64,000 nt of DNA from Octopus sinensis (GCF_006345805.1 NC_042999.1:130820001-130884000); one strand, 5' to 3'; positions 1 through 13,847 are shown, counted from the first letter of the stretch. Program-made: numbers and translations. Notes: generated by a model not told the origin, from the letters alone.

Positions 1-184
1 TATAATATATTAGATTATATAGTATATATATATATTAGTATATTATATATATATTATATATATATAGTATTATATATATCTAGTATATATATAATATAAT
101 ATATATATTAGTATATATAATATATATATAGTATATATATATAATATATATAGTATATATTATATATTTATAATAATATAATAT

Positions 185-229
<45 letters not shown>

Positions 230-305
230 TATCTATATAATATATATATATATAGTACTATATATATATATATATGTATATATATTATATATAGTTATTA
301 TATAG

Positions 306-351
<46 letters not shown>

Positions 352-406
352 GTATATATATATATATATATATAGTATATATATATATATATATATAGTA
401 TATATA
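1..406. repeat. Imperfect (TA)n microsatellite; similar tracts at 5120-5615, 7623-7750 and interspersed through 12950-17040
   Basis: Direct inspection; these tracts generate the IYIY pseudo-ORFs. Confidence 0.95.
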
Positions 407-491
407 ACTTAGAATAACTTAGAAAGGTTTTTGGCCAGTATTGCCCAGGCCATGTCTAACTTAATAGCACCACCTGGCGAAGTCTTTCAGT

Positions 492-3420
492 TCAGGATTT
501 GGGCACCAAGGCCCATTCGAGCAGAGAGTTATTGTTTGCGGAGACATATCCGGGTGTGGGTGGTTTGTCCGGTACTGTTTGAAGGAATTTGTCCAAAGAC
601 TTCTTGAATTTTGTGTGGTCAGTTTCTTTTTTGACGTGTCCTGGTGTAATGTTGAAGAGAGCAGGTCCAAATGAGGTGAAATAGTTGTGCCGTATTGTCG
701 TTATGTGATGCGATTTAGATTTTTGTTGTGGACGGATGGCACGTGGTCCAAGCCTTGGATGCATTTTGAAGGTGATGCCAACATCATTCGGACAGTGCTG
801 ATGGAATATTTTCCACATCATACAGATAATGTAGCGTTCACGGCGTCGTTGGAGTGAATACAATTTCAGCTTCTCTAGTCTACCCCAGTAGTCAAGGTCT
901 GACATGCCATCTATCTTTTTTGTGATTGACCTTTGGGGAGCTTCAATTCTCATAATATTTTGTTTTGTGTAGGGAGACCACAGTGGACAGCAGTATTCAA
1001 GGTGGGGTCGGGCAAAAGTGGAGAAGGGAAGGATAATAGCGTGGGAATCTCTCGACTGGAAGGTTCTGAGAATCCAGGAACACATTCTGCGGGCCATGTC
1101 AACTTTGCTGCTTATATGTGTAGCCCAGCTTATGTTGTTGTCCACTGTTACTCCCAGGTCTCTGATGTTGTTGGATGCCATGAGAATTTCTCCAGAAGGA
1201 AGAGAGTATGGGAGTTTCAGAGCGTCCTCCCTTCCAAAGTGGATCAGTTCGAATTTGTCTTCATTTAGCAACATGTTATTCTTTTCCGCCCATTGGACAA
1301 CAGCCAGTAGGTCTGACTGAAGGTTTATTCGGTCATCCACGCCATTGATGACCTTCTGGAGCTTGGAATCATCAGCGAAGGTTCTGATGTTGCTGTGTTT
1401 GATGGTGTCAGTAATATCATTTATGTAGATGATGAAGAGAAGTGGGCCCAACACAGTGCCTTGTGGGACACCACTGCTGACTTTGGCTGGGCTGGATTTG
1501 ACTCCCTCGACTACAACATGTTGGGTTCTGTTAGAGAGGAAGCACTTGATCCATTGCAGCAGCTTTCCAGTGACACCAATATTGGACCTTTCTCAGAAGG
1601 ATCTTATGATCAACCCTGTCAAAGGCCTTGCTGAAATCAAGGTAGATGACATCAGTGTTGGAACCCTCTCCCAAGGCTCTCAAAATGTCATCAAAATGAT
1701 GCAGTAGCTGCGTCAGGCAATCTCTCCCATTACGGAATCCATGCTGGTTGGGGTTCAGCATATTATGACTCTCAAGGAAGTGAGTCATACGCGATCTCAG
1801 CACCCTCTCAAATACCTTGATGATATGAGAGGTGAGTGAGATTGGACGGTAATTCACGGCAAGCGATTTGTTTCCTTTTTTGAAAACTGGGACAACAGAC
1901 TGGGATAGAAGGTCTTCTGGTATATATCCAGCATCCAGTGAGTTCCGCCACAGATTGGCTAGAGGGGGTGCAAGTTGGTTTTGACACATCTTCAAGACAC
2001 AAGCAGGGAACCTATCGGGACCTACTGCTGAATTATGCTTCATTTCCTTTATTGCTGCTAAGACATCAGGAGCGCCAAATGTTATGTCCGATAAAGTGTA
2101 TTGGGGAGTAACATCACTGATACAGCCCAGATCAGTCATATCAGGATTGCTGAAAACAGAGCAATATTGTTTCTGCAATATTTCTCCATGGTTTTGGCAT
2201 TGTCTTGAAGAGTACCATTTTCATCAATCAGAGGGCCAACAGTAGAACCAGTGACTCTGTGTTTTTTTGCAAATGAAAAGAACACTTTGGGATTGAGTTT
2301 GATCTTCTCAATGGCCCAGGCCTCTTCAGCTCTTCGCTGACTATTGATGATAGACATCATGTTGTTTTGGAGTTTATGTTTTTTAATCTCTAGCGACGAG
2401 ATGGCAGTCAGGTTGGTGTGTGCTGTTGACAGTATTTCAGCATGTTGATCTTTTTGTTGATTCTTTTAATTTTCCTTATGAGAGATTTTCTATTTCTAGG
2501 GATTCGACACTTAGATTTGTTTGCAGATCTTAATGGGGTGTGTCTTGCACATATGTTCGTGATGGTGTCTACAAGTGACTGCCAGGACTTTTTGATGTTA
2601 GTGGGTGTGTATGTGTGCGTGAAGGACCAATCGACTTGTGCAAGATCATTATTGATCGCTTCCCAGTTTGCATTGTGGAAATCCATAGTGTCAAATGGAT
2701 GAACAGGAGGAATAACATTTGTTTTGCATTTTGGCCAGTGAAATCTCAGATCACAGAGAACCATGTCATGGTCGGAGAGTAGGGTTTTCTCCACTGCAAT
2801 ATTGTGGATAGTATCAGTGTGATTGCTGAAAATTAAGTCTAAGACGTTTTTGTGACATCTCGTTGGTTCGAGTACCAGTTGGGACAAGAAGAAGTCATCC
2901 ATGAAGTCAAGAAGCGATTCCACTGCCTCCCTGTCAGGGTTTGAGAGAGAAGAACCTGGCGGCAGACTGTTTGTAGACCAGTCAACCCCGGGAAGGTTGA
3001 AATCTCCCATCATTAAAATGTTGTCAGGTTGACACTGCTGAATGAAACACTTTATGCTGTTGAGGCATTCCTTGAAGCATGGTAGGGGCGTTTGGGGTGG
3101 TCTGTAGAGCCCAACTACTGTTAAGTTGTTGGTTTGACTGAATACAGCGACTGCTTCGCAGTATCCATTCGAAAATATGTTCATGGCTTCTGTTGAGAAT
3201 GAATCATGGACATAAATGGCAGTCCCACTTTCACCTCGGCTTCCAAGTGGAGGTCACTAAGATGGGTTTCAGTGAGGACGAAGAAAGGGATGTGGTTTGG
3301 ATGGGCCTCGACCCAGTCCTCCAGGAATCTTATCTTCCATTTTTGTGTATTGGTGGAAGGGCTGATGCCTTGGGCATTAAGCAGAAATGTTGAGGCGAGA
3401 GTGGATGGTTTTAATTGTTT
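492..3420 (-). pseudogene. ORF2 (AP endonuclease + reverse transcriptase) of the CR1-clade LINE
   Basis: Pieces 2408-3184, 2136-2360, 1531-2178 and 492-1454 plus an N-terminal piece at about 3240-3420. At least 4 frameshifts (near 3230, 2415, 2170, 1580). Confidence 0.9.
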
Positions 3421-4665
3421 TGGTGATTTGTTTATTTGATTGCTTTTTAATGCATGTGTAGTGGGGTAATAGTGGTGGATGGCGGTGGGTGATAGCTCGG
3501 ATGTTTTTTTCCAGTTCTTTTGCTAGATTCATTATAGCTAAAAAAGAGGAAGAAGAGGTGGTTTCCTGTCTAGGGAACCGCAGGTGACTGTGGCCGCGGC
3601 TATTTTTATGTGAGTGGTTATCTTTAAATGTCCGACGAGTCCCCGGGAGATGGGTAAAGGGGCAATCCCTGTGCAAACACAATCTGTCTCGCTGGGAATA
3701 GCGGCAGATTTGGGGATTCCTTGTTTGAGATATTGGTGGTTGTGGTGATGTTGTATTATGGTGGTTGCTGTTGTAGTTTGTGGGGATAGAGCGTTTTGTT
3801 CCAGGTAAATGGGTGAATTTGCAGTCTCTATCAGTGCACAGTCTATGGCGAAGAGAATATCGGCAAATGATGGGGTTTCGAGTGGGTGTGTAGGTGCGTG
3901 TGTGTGTGTGAGCTGTGAAAGGTGTAGATGATAGTTTGTTGAAGTTTTGGCGACCTTGTGACCTGTAGGAGGTAAATTCCTTGAGATAGCATTAGTAGTA
4001 GTAGCTGTAGTAGTAGTAGTAGTAGGTAGAAGAGATGTTGACAGTGGTAATGATTGAGGAGGTCGATTCCAAGACAAAGATGTTTGTCGATATATAGTGG
4101 GAGTAGTACTAGTAGTAGTAAGCAGAGGAGATGGTGTTGACAATGATGATGATTGAGCTGCTGGGGCAGTGAAAGGAAGGGGTGGTGCTTCCTGCTGTGT
4201 GACCCTGATGACTGGGGGGTCAATCGTTTCATTTAGCAAATCGGCCATTGTAGATGAATCAAGGAGTGGTTCATCCTGTTGTTGTTGTTGAGGTTGTTGT
4301 TGTTGCCTCTGAGGTTGTTGCTGCTGAAGTTGTTGTTGTTGCTGTAGCTGTTGTTGTTGTTGTTGAGGTTGTTGTTGTTGAGGTTGTTGTTGTTGTTGTT
4401 GCGCCGGTGATGCGTTCGAAGAGAAAACACATCTCAGTTTATCGAAGTGTTTATTTATTAATTTAAAAGCAACTTCGATTTGTTTTAATTTATTTTGTAT
4501 CTGCTGTTCAGATCGAGTTTGCAAATGGTGAACTGTTCGTTTAGCAATTTCGTTCAGACACGAAGCACCTATGCTCTCTGTTTCGGTAAGGCCATGCCAT
4601 GTGTTGATAAGAACGTCGACTTCATTATCAGACCAGTTTTTGTTGGATTTTTGGTGGCTAGCCAT
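3377..4665 (-). pseudogene. ORF1 of the LINE: Myb/SANT-like N-terminus, polyQ and Thr/Pro-rich linker, two CCCH zinc fingers, one frameshift
   Basis: W-S-D-N-E-V-x-x-L-I-x-x-W...RS-x-x-Q-I-x-N-K-L pattern at 4665-4440. Two C-x8-C-x4-C-x3-H motifs in the -1 frame at 3809-3865 and 3650-3706, which continues to the stop at 3377. Confidence 0.7.
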
Positions 4666-5138
4666 TCTGGTTGATATGTTTTATTAAATTTTATTTTGTT
4701 CGTTCGTTTTGTTGATTACTTTTAATTATTATTATTTTTTTTTTTTTTAAGGAGAAGTATGTAGAATTGATTGTACAGAATGTTTGTTGTAATACTGAGA
4801 AGTTTGTATTTGAATTATGAGCTTGTAGTTATTTTATCTTTCTTTTCTTTTCTTTTTTTTCCCTCTTTTTCTAATTTTTAATGTGTGGGTGATCCTTTAG
4901 TTATCATCAGGTGTTTGAAAATATTTGGTCGTTTGAAAATTATGAAAATAGTTTGTGGTTAAGGAAAAGTCTACTCACGAGTTGGGAAAAAGCGTGGTTT
5001 CAAATATACAGGAATATATGTGATGGTCAATTACGACGAATGTAGCTGTGAAGCTTGCTGCTGACCGGCGCAGAGAGGAGTAAACACGTCTTATCGTCTC
5101 AGCTTACACATGACTATATGACTATATATATATATATA

Positions 5139-5271
<133 letters not shown>

Positions 5272-5363
5272 CTGTATATATATATGTATATATATATAAT
5301 GTATATATATATATATGGCATATATATATATGTATATATATATATATAATATATATAAATGGC

Positions 5364-5411
<48 letters not shown>

Positions 5412-5613
5412 AATCCAAACGGAAACAAAAAAACAACAACAATGGAACAATTACAGTATTATTATTAATAGGCGCTCATATATATGTATATGATATATAT
5501 ATATATGGCATATCTATATAATATATGTATATATATATATATATATATGGCATATAATATATATGTATGATATGATATATATATATAAATATAAAAAACA
5601 ATATATATATATA

Positions 5614-7230
5614 TAGGTTTCCCAGCCATCCTCCTCAAAGCGTGTAAGCATGCCCTGGCAAAACCCCTCAAGATTCTCTTCCAGAGCTTTCTTGCGAATG
5701 GCAAACTGCCAAGCAAGCTGAAGGAGGGAATAATTGCCCAATACAAGGGGGAAGTAGAGCAGATGCCAAAAACTATAGGCCTATCTCTCTGACTTCACAC
5801 ACAACAGCAAGTCATGGAACGGGTAGTCAGAAAGAAACTAATCGCATTCCTTGAGGAAAATAACTTGCTGAGTGATACCCAGCATGGTTTTCGACCAGGT
5901 AGGAGCTGCCTGACTTAGCTCTTACAACATTATGACTGGGTGTTGAGGCAGTTACTCAACAAATCAAATGTGGACGTCATCTACCTTGATTTTGCAAAAG
6001 CTTTTGACAAGGTGGATCATGGTATGATATGCCACAAACTGCGTGACCTCGGCATAGCTGGAAAACTTGGAGTGTGGTTACATGACTTCCTGAAAGATAG
6101 AAGTCAGGCAGTAGTGGTTAATGGAGCCACCTCTATGAACATACAAATAGTGAGTGGTGTTCCACAGGGCACTGTCTTGGGACCACTGCTTTTTATAGTG
6201 GCCCTCTCAGATATGTCCTCAAATGCCCGGATAGCCACTCTGGCCAGCTATGCAGGCGATACGAAAGTCTCGCAGAAAATACAGAACCCCAGCGATGTTG
6301 CACACCTGCAGCAGGAGTTGGACTCAATCTACAGATGGGCTGAGGATAATAATATGCAGTTTAATGCTGAAAACTTCCAGGCCCTGCGCTACCAGTATCC
6401 AAAACTGAATATTAAAATTACAGGATACACCGGTCCACAGGGAATTTCAATCCCAGAGCCTAAGTCTGTGAGGGACCTGGGTATCGACATGAGTGATGAT
6501 ACCTCTTTCCAAGTGCACATTACCAGGATGGCGACAAAGTGCAGACGACTGGCTGGGTGGATCCTAAGAACATTCAGAACCAGAGATAAGGAAACCATGA
6601 TGGTCCTCTGGCGGACATTCGTCCCCAGCCGCTTGGATTACTGCTCACAGTTATGGTCACCCACCAGTGGGAAATTAACAGCGGACCATGAAGCAATCCA
6701 GAGAAGATTCACAAAGAAGATCGTCTCTTTGCATCAGCTCAGCTACTGGGAAAGGTTGAAACAGCTAAGACTCTACTCCCTGGATAGAAGACGGGAGAGG
6801 TATGCAGTAATATATGTCTGGAAGATCCTGGAAGGAATTGTGCCAAATTTTGGCATTGTAGGCTACACCAATGCTAGGACGGGACGACACTGCATAGTGC
6901 CAAAGATCCCAGCAACTTCATTGCGCTTCAGGACCAGCTACTGCAATAGCCTGGGTTTCAGGTGCCCATAACTTTTTAATATTTTCCCAAGGAGCCTAGG
7001 GAACCTGCACAAAGTAGATGTAGGCGTTTTTAAATCAAAGCTGGACATCTTCCTGCCGAGAGTCCCAGATGAACCTACCTCACGGCAAGAGGTGCAAATG
7101 AGAGTAGCTACATCAAACTCCATTCTTCACCAAGTGCCACATATTGCAGGAGACTCTCAGTAATAACAGTGTAGCAAAACGGCGGTGCATCTGATGGTTG
7201 CAGCTGCGAGCTGAAATAACAGCAAAAATA
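5614..7230 (+). mobile_element. 5'-truncated CR1-clade LINE (RT and 3' tail), decayed
   Basis: KNYRPISLTSH upstream of ORF 5940-6971, which has YLDFAKAFDKVDH, GVPQGTVLGP, YAGD (YADD mutated) and LYSLDRRRERY; 3' tail GGCGGTGCATC...GAGCTGAAATA. Confidence 0.9.
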
Positions 7231-7271
7231 TATATATACGTATGATATATATATTTATGATATAGATATGT

Positions 7272-7622
7272 ATTATTTATATATATATAAACGGCAAATG
7301 TCTGTCTGTGTGTATATCCTTTATACAAATCCACAATTTTTCAGTTAGAGGGCTCGCACCGTCCATAGGCGGTCGTGCACATCTTTACATTTCCCCAGTC
7401 ACCACGCAAAGCCATTTAAAAATCAATAGAAGTGACGTTTTTGTGAATTTTCTATCCAAAACCCAATCAAAATGACCGAAACTTGATACGCCAATTGAAT
7501 GCCAGCTGGCTGTTTGTGATTGGTCGGGGATTTGGACAGTACTCGCGTGTATGTGCGCACGCACGCAGCTGTATATGCAAGCAATAGCACTATGATCCGG
7601 CAACGCCGGGTCATAGTGCTAG
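7272..7622 (+). mobile_element. Non-autonomous Helitron
   Basis: Ends in a 14-bp stem (gcactatgatccgg-caacg-ccgggtcatagtgc, one G-T pair) that runs into CTAG|t at 7619-7623; the 5' end is buried in (TA)n. Confidence 0.7.
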
Positions 7623-7696
7623 TATATATATATGTATGATATATATGAGATATATATTATATATATGTATGATATATATATATATATATATATATC

Positions 7697-7739
<43 letters not shown>

Positions 7740-7752
7740 TGATATGATATTC

Positions 7753-10700
7753 ATCATCATCATCATCATCATTTAACGTCCGCTTTCCATGCTAGCATGG
7801 GTTGGACGGTTCAACTGGGGTCTGGGGAGCCCGAAAGCTGCACCAGTCCAGTCAGATCTGGCAGTGTTTCTACAGCTGGATGCCCTTCCTAACGCCAACC
7901 ACTCCGAGAGTGTAGTGAGTGATTTATGTGCCACCGACACAGGTGCCAGACGAGGCTGGCAAACGGCCACGCTCGGATGGTGTTTTTATGTGCCACCGAC
8001 ACAGGTGCCAGACGAGGCTGGCAGACGGCCACGCTCGGATGGTGTTTTTATGTGCCACCGACACAGGTGCCAGATGAGGCTGGCAAACGGCCACGATCGG
8101 ATGGTGTTTGTTACGTGCCCACAGCACGAGGCCAGTCGATGCGGTACTGGCTACGGCCACGTTCGGATGGTTTTCTTGTGTGCCACGTGCCACCGGCACT
8201 GGTACCACAAACATACAAATTCCATTGATGTTCATCTATTTTGATTTGTTTTGATTTTCACTTGCCTCAACAGGTCTCACAAGTGTCACAAGAAGGAAGG
8301 TATGCACAGGTGGACTGACTACGTCCCAGGTAGGGGCCACAGGTTATGGCCTGACTAGTCTTGCCGGGTCTTCGGATGGTGTTTTTATGTGCCACCGACA
8401 CAGGTGCCAGATGAGGCTGGCGAACGGCCACGATCGGATGGTGTTTGTTACGTGCCCACAGCACGGAGGCCAGTCGGTGCGGTACTGGCTACGGCCACGT
8501 TCGGATGGTTTTCTTGTGTGCCACCGGCACTGGTACCACAAAGATACAATTCCATTAATGTTCATCTATTTTGATTTGTTTTGATTTGATTTGATTTGAT
8601 GATTGTTTTGATTTCATTTTGATTTTCACTTGCCTCAACAGGCCTTCACAAGTATCACAAGGAGGAAGGTATGCACAGGTGGACTGACTACGTCCCAGGT
8701 AGGGACCATGGGATATGGCCTGACTAGTCTTGCCGGGTCTTCGGATGGTGTTTTTATGTGCCACCGACACAGGTGCTAGATGAGGCTGGCGAACGGCCAC
8801 GATCGGATGGTGTTTGTTATGTGCCCACAGCACGATGGCCAGTCGATGCGGTACTGACTACGGCCACGTTCGGATGGATTCTTGTGTGCCACCGGCACTG
8901 GTACACAAAAGATACAAATTCTATTGATGTTCATCTATTTTGATTTGATTTGATTTTCACTTGCCTCAACAGGTCTTCACAAGTGTCACAAGAGGGAAGG
9001 TATGCACAGGTGGACTGACTAGTCTTGCCGGGTCTTCGGAAGGTGTTTTTATGTGCCACCGACACAGGTGCCAGATGAGGCTGGCGAACGGCCATGATCG
9101 GATGGTGTTTGTTACGTGCCCACAGCACGGAGGCCGGTCGATGCGGAACTGGCTACGGCCACGTTCGGATGGTCTCTTGTGTGCCACCGGCACTGGTACC
9201 ACAAAGATACAGATTCCATTGATGTTCATCTATTTTGATTTGTTTTGATTTGATTTTCACTTGCCTCAACAGGTCTTCACAAGTGTCACAAGAAGGAAGG
9301 TATGCACAGGTGGACTGACTACGTCCCAGGTAGGGGCATGGGTTATGGCCTGACTAGTCTTGCCGGGTCTTCAGATGGTGTTTTTATGTGCCACCGACAC
9401 AGGTGCTAGATGAGGCTGGCGAACGGCCATGATCGGATGGTGTTTGTCATGTGCCCACAGCACGGAGGCCAGTCGATGCGGTACTGGCTACGGCCACTTT
9501 CGGATGGTTTTCTCTTGTGTGCCACCGGCACTGGTACCACAAAGATACAAATTCCATTAATGTTCATCTATTTTGATTTGTTTTGATTTGATTTTGATTT
9601 TCACTTGCCTCAACAGGCCTTCACAAGTATCACAAGGAGGAAGGTGTGCACAGGTGGACTGACTACGTCCCAGGTAGGGGCCATGGGTTATGGCCTGACT
9701 AGTCTTGCCGGGTCTTCGGATGGTGTTTTTATGTGCCACCGACACAGGTGCTAGATGAGGCTGGCGAACGGCCACGACCGGATGGTGTTTGTTATGTGCC
9801 CACAGCACGATGGCCAGTGATGCGGTACTGACTACGGCCACGTTCGGATGGATTCTTGTGTGCCACCGGCACTGGTACCACAAAGATACAAATTCCATTG
9901 ATGTTCATCTATTTTGATTTGTTTTGATTTTCACTTGCCTCAACAGGTCTTCACAAGTGTCACAAGAAGGAAGCTATGTACAGGTGGACTGACTACGTCC
10001 CAGGTAGGGCCCACGGGTTATGACCTGACTAGTCTTGCCGGGTCTTCGGATGGTGTTTTTATGTGCCACCATGTTCCCACAGCACGGAGGCCAGTCGATG
10101 CGGTACTGGCTACGGCCACGTTCGGATGGTTTTCTTGTGTGCCACAGGCACTGGTACCACAAAGATACAAATTCCATTGATGTTCATCTATTTTGATTGA
10201 TTTTCACTTGCCTCAGCAGGTCTTCACAAGTGTCACAAGAAGGAAGGTATGCACAGGTGGATCGACTACGTCCCAGGTAGGGGCCACGGGATATGGCCTG
10301 ACTAGTCCTGCTGGGTCCTCTCATGCACAGCACACTTCCATAGGACTCGGTCTTCAGTCATTTCCTTGGTGAGACCTAAAGTTTGAAGGTCGTGCTTCAC
10401 CACCTCGTCCCAGGTTTTCCTAGGTCTACCTCTTCCACAGGTTCCCTCAACTGCTAGGGTGTAGCACTTTTGCACACAACTATCTTCAGCCATTCTCGTC
10501 ACATGACCATACCAGCGCAGCCGTCTCTCTTGCACACCACAACTGACACTTCTTAGGTTCAACTTTTCTCTCAAAGTACTTACACTCTGACGATTATGAA
10601 CACTGACATTACACATCCATCGGAGCATACTGGCTTCATTTCTTGCAAGCTTACGCATATCCTCAGCTGTCACGGCCCATGTTTCACTACCATGTAGCAT

Positions 10701-12668
10701 GGCTGTACGTACACACGCATCATATAGTCTGCCTTTTACTCTTAGCGAGAGGCCTTTTGTCACCAGCAGGGGTAAGAGCTCTCTAAACTTTGCCCAGGCT
10801 ATTCTTACTCTAGCAGTTACACTTTCAGCACACCCACCCCCGCTACTGACTTGGTCTCCTAGGTAGCGGAAGCTATCACTACTTCTAGTTTGTCTCCCTG
10901 GAACGTGGTAGAAGTTGGTCTCTGCACATTTCCAGTGTTTATTGCTCCTGAGCATCTGCCACAGACAAAAACTATTTTCTTAGTTAGCCTTCCTTTGACA
11001 TTGCTGCACCTCTTATGTGTCCATAGCTTACACTTGGTGCACCTTATAGAGTTTCTACCTACACCTTTTTTACAGATCGAGCAGGGCCATCTACCTGAAG
11101 TCGTTTGTGATTGGTCCACCTTCCTACTTATTAGGACTTTGGTTTTGGCTAGGTTGATTCTAAGGCCCTTCGATTCTAATCCTTGTTTCCACACCTGAAA
11201 CTTCTCCTCCAGTTCTGATAGTGACTCAGCAATTAGAGCAAGGTCATCAGCATAGAGGAGCTCCCAGGGGCATCCTGTCTTGAATTCCTCCGTTATTGCC
11301 TGGAGGACTATGATAAATAGGAGGGGACTGAGGACTGAACCTTGGTGGACCCCAACCTCTACCCGGAATTCTTCACTGTACTCGTTGCCAACCCTCACCT
11401 TACTAGCAGCGTCTCTGTACATGGCTCGCACAGCTCTCACTAACCATTCATCTATCCCTAGTTTCCTCATTGACCACCAGATAAGGGATCGGGGGACCCT
11501 GTCAAAGGCTTTCTCCAAGTCAACAAAAGCCAGATACAAGGGCTTATCTTTGGCTAGGTATTTCTCCTGCAGCTGTCTTACCAGGAATATAGCATCAGTA
11601 GTACTTTTCCCTGGCACGAACCCAAACTGCATATCATCTAAGCTAACTCTCTCTCTAATTAATTGGGCTATAACCCTCTCCGTAACCTTCATTACCTGAT
11701 CCAGCAGCTTGATGCCCCTGTAGTTATTTGTATCTAGGGCGTCGCCTTTACCTTTGTAGCAGTTGACTATTATGCTGCTACACCAGTCATTGGGTATGAC
11801 TCCTTCGTGTATCACCTGGTTTACTATACGGGTGACTAAGCTATAGCCGACACTACCAGATATTTTGAGCATCTCTGCAGTAATTCCTGATGGGCCTGGG
11901 GCTTTCCCTGTTTTCATGCTTCTAATTGCCTTATCTACTAAGGAACTGTTAACTCGGATTGCTGGTCCCTCTGTTGGGTCGACATTCGGGAGACTCTCTT
12001 TATCCCATTCATTTTCCTCATTCAGCAACCTTTCATAGTGGCATCTCCAAGCCTCTCTCTTTGCATCCTCATTTAGCGCAAGTGAACCGTCATCCTTGCG
12101 AACACATTTCTCTCCTACCACGTCACGATTCTCTCTCACACACTGTCTTGCAACACGAAATACCTCAAGTCTTTCATCCTCACGGCGCAGGACATTGGCA
12201 AATTTTTCTTTATCTGCCTCCCCTCTGGCTAGATAGACCTGTCTCCTAGCTTCCCTTCTGGCAGTCTGATACACTTCCCTGCTACCACCGTTCTTCCAGG
12301 CCTTCCAAGCCTGTTTCTTTTGTCTAATAGCCCTGTCAACAATATTGTTCCACCACCACGTTATTTTGGGTCTTGAGGGGACTTTGCACCAGCCACAGAT
12401 TTGGTCAGCGGCTTTCAGCAGGTTGTCCCTCAGAAACGTCCAGTTGTCTTCTACCCCATGCGTAGCTATACCCCCTTCCACTTCGTCAAAGGCTTCAAGT
12501 AACATATCTCTAAATCTCTGTCCATTCGCAGGGTCTTTTAGCTTCCAGACCCTTCTTCTCCATGTTGGTCGTCTTCTAGTCGCCCTCTTAGTCCTGATCC
12601 TAAAGTCACTAACTACCAGTCTATGTTGTGGGGTGCATTCTTCGCCTGGGAAGGTTTTGGCATTTATA
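7753..12668 (-). mobile_element. 5'-truncated RTE-clade LINE, copy 1, with tandemly amplified 3' UTR and (GAT)n tail
   Basis: Frame opens at NAKTFPGEECTPQHRLVVSDF (end of APE, about 12665). RT motifs NYRGIKLL, DLEKAFD, GVHQGSVLSP, YADD. A 1-nt deletion near 10878 splits ORFs 10859-12505 and 10302-10955. Confidence 0.95.
8352..10310 (-). repeat. Tandem array of about 270-370 bp units derived from the RTE ORF end and 3' UTR
   Basis: Marker GACTAGTCTTGCCGGGTCTTC recurs near 8352, 8722, 9017, 9352, 9697 and 10027 and matches the ORF stop region at 10300. Confidence 0.9.
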
Positions 12669-12957
12669 TATATATATATATATATGATGCCAGCGCCGCC
12701 TTGGCTGGCTTCCGTGCCGGTGGCACGTTAAAAGCACCAACCGATCGTGGCCGATGCCAGATCCCCCTGGCACCTGCGTAGGTGGCATGTAAAAAGCACC
12801 CACTACACTCGCGGAGTGGTTGGCGTTAGGAAGGGCATCCAGCTGTAGAAACACTGCCAGATCAGACTGGAGCCTGGTGCAGCCCTGGCTTCCCAGACCC
12901 CGGTCGAACAGTCCAACCTGTGCTAGCGCAGAAAACGGACATTAAACGATGATGATG

Positions 12958-12996
<39 letters not shown>

Positions 12997-13124
12997 ATAG
13001 ATATGTATGATTTATATATACAGTTATGATATAGATATGTATAATATATATGAGATATATATATGATATATGTATATATATATATGATATAGATATATGA
13101 TATAGATATATGATTTATACATAT

Positions 13125-13754
13125 ATATAGATATGTATGGTATATATGAGATATACTCTCTTTTACTTGTTTCAATCATTTGATTGCGGCCATGCTGGAG
13201 CACCGCCTTTAATCGAGCAACTCGACCCCGGGACTTATTCTTTTGTAAGCCCAGTACTTATTCTATCGGTCTCATTTGCCGAACCGCTAAGTAACGGGGA
13301 CATAAACACACCAGCATCGGTTGTCAAGCAATGCTAGGGGGACAAACACAGACACGCAAACAAACGCACACACATATATATATATATATATATACATATA
13401 TACGACGGGCTTCTTTCAGTTTCCGTCTACCAAATCCACTCACAAGGCTTGGTCGGCCCGAGGCTATAGTAGAAGACACTTGCCCAAGATGCCACGCAGT
13501 GGGAGTGAACCCAGAACCATGTGGTTGGTAAACAAGCTACTTACCATGTATATGATATAAATACGTATGATATATTTAAAAAAATTTTTTTTTATTTTAT
13601 CTAGTTTCAGCTCACGAGCTGTGGCCATGCTGGGGCACCGCCATTGCTATCTCATATATATATTTATATATCCTACATATCTATATCTCATATATATATA
13701 TATATTATATATATCATACATATCTATATCATATATATATATATCATACGTATC

Positions 13755-13789
<35 letters not shown>

Positions 13790-13814
13790 CATACATATCT
13801 ATATCATATATATA

Positions 13815-13847
<33 letters not shown>

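Larger units (their letters stand above)
407..5115 (-). mobile_element. Apparently full-length CR1-clade LINE (5' UTR, ORF1, APE-RT ORF2, short tail), inactivated by frameshifts
   Basis: ORF2 motifs LNAQG, LTETHL, GLYRPP, MGDFNLP, LDLIF, SDH (APE); NYRPISLTS, QHGFR, YLDFSKAFD, GVPQGTVLGP, FADD (RT); LYSLQRRRERY C-terminus. Tail ends in TAAGTTAT repeats. (TA)n on both sides. The 5' boundary is approximate. Confidence 0.9.

Noticed and set aside
3538-4665. Host polyQ transcription factor gene
   Set aside because: It is intronless, sits directly 5' of and in tandem with a LINE ORF2, and its CCCH-bearing frame overlaps the ORF2 start, so ORF1 is the simpler reading.
7926-10300. Regularly spaced repeats that superficially resemble a CRISPR array or a repeat-protein gene
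   Set aside because: Whole units are homologous with no unique spacers, the context is eukaryotic, and the units derive from the RTE 3' UTR.
11280-11699. Antisense ORFs over the RT regions (also 933-1268, 1018-1320, 59145-59939)
   Set aside because: Shadow frames of LINE coding sequence; they are shared between copies only because the sense frame is.
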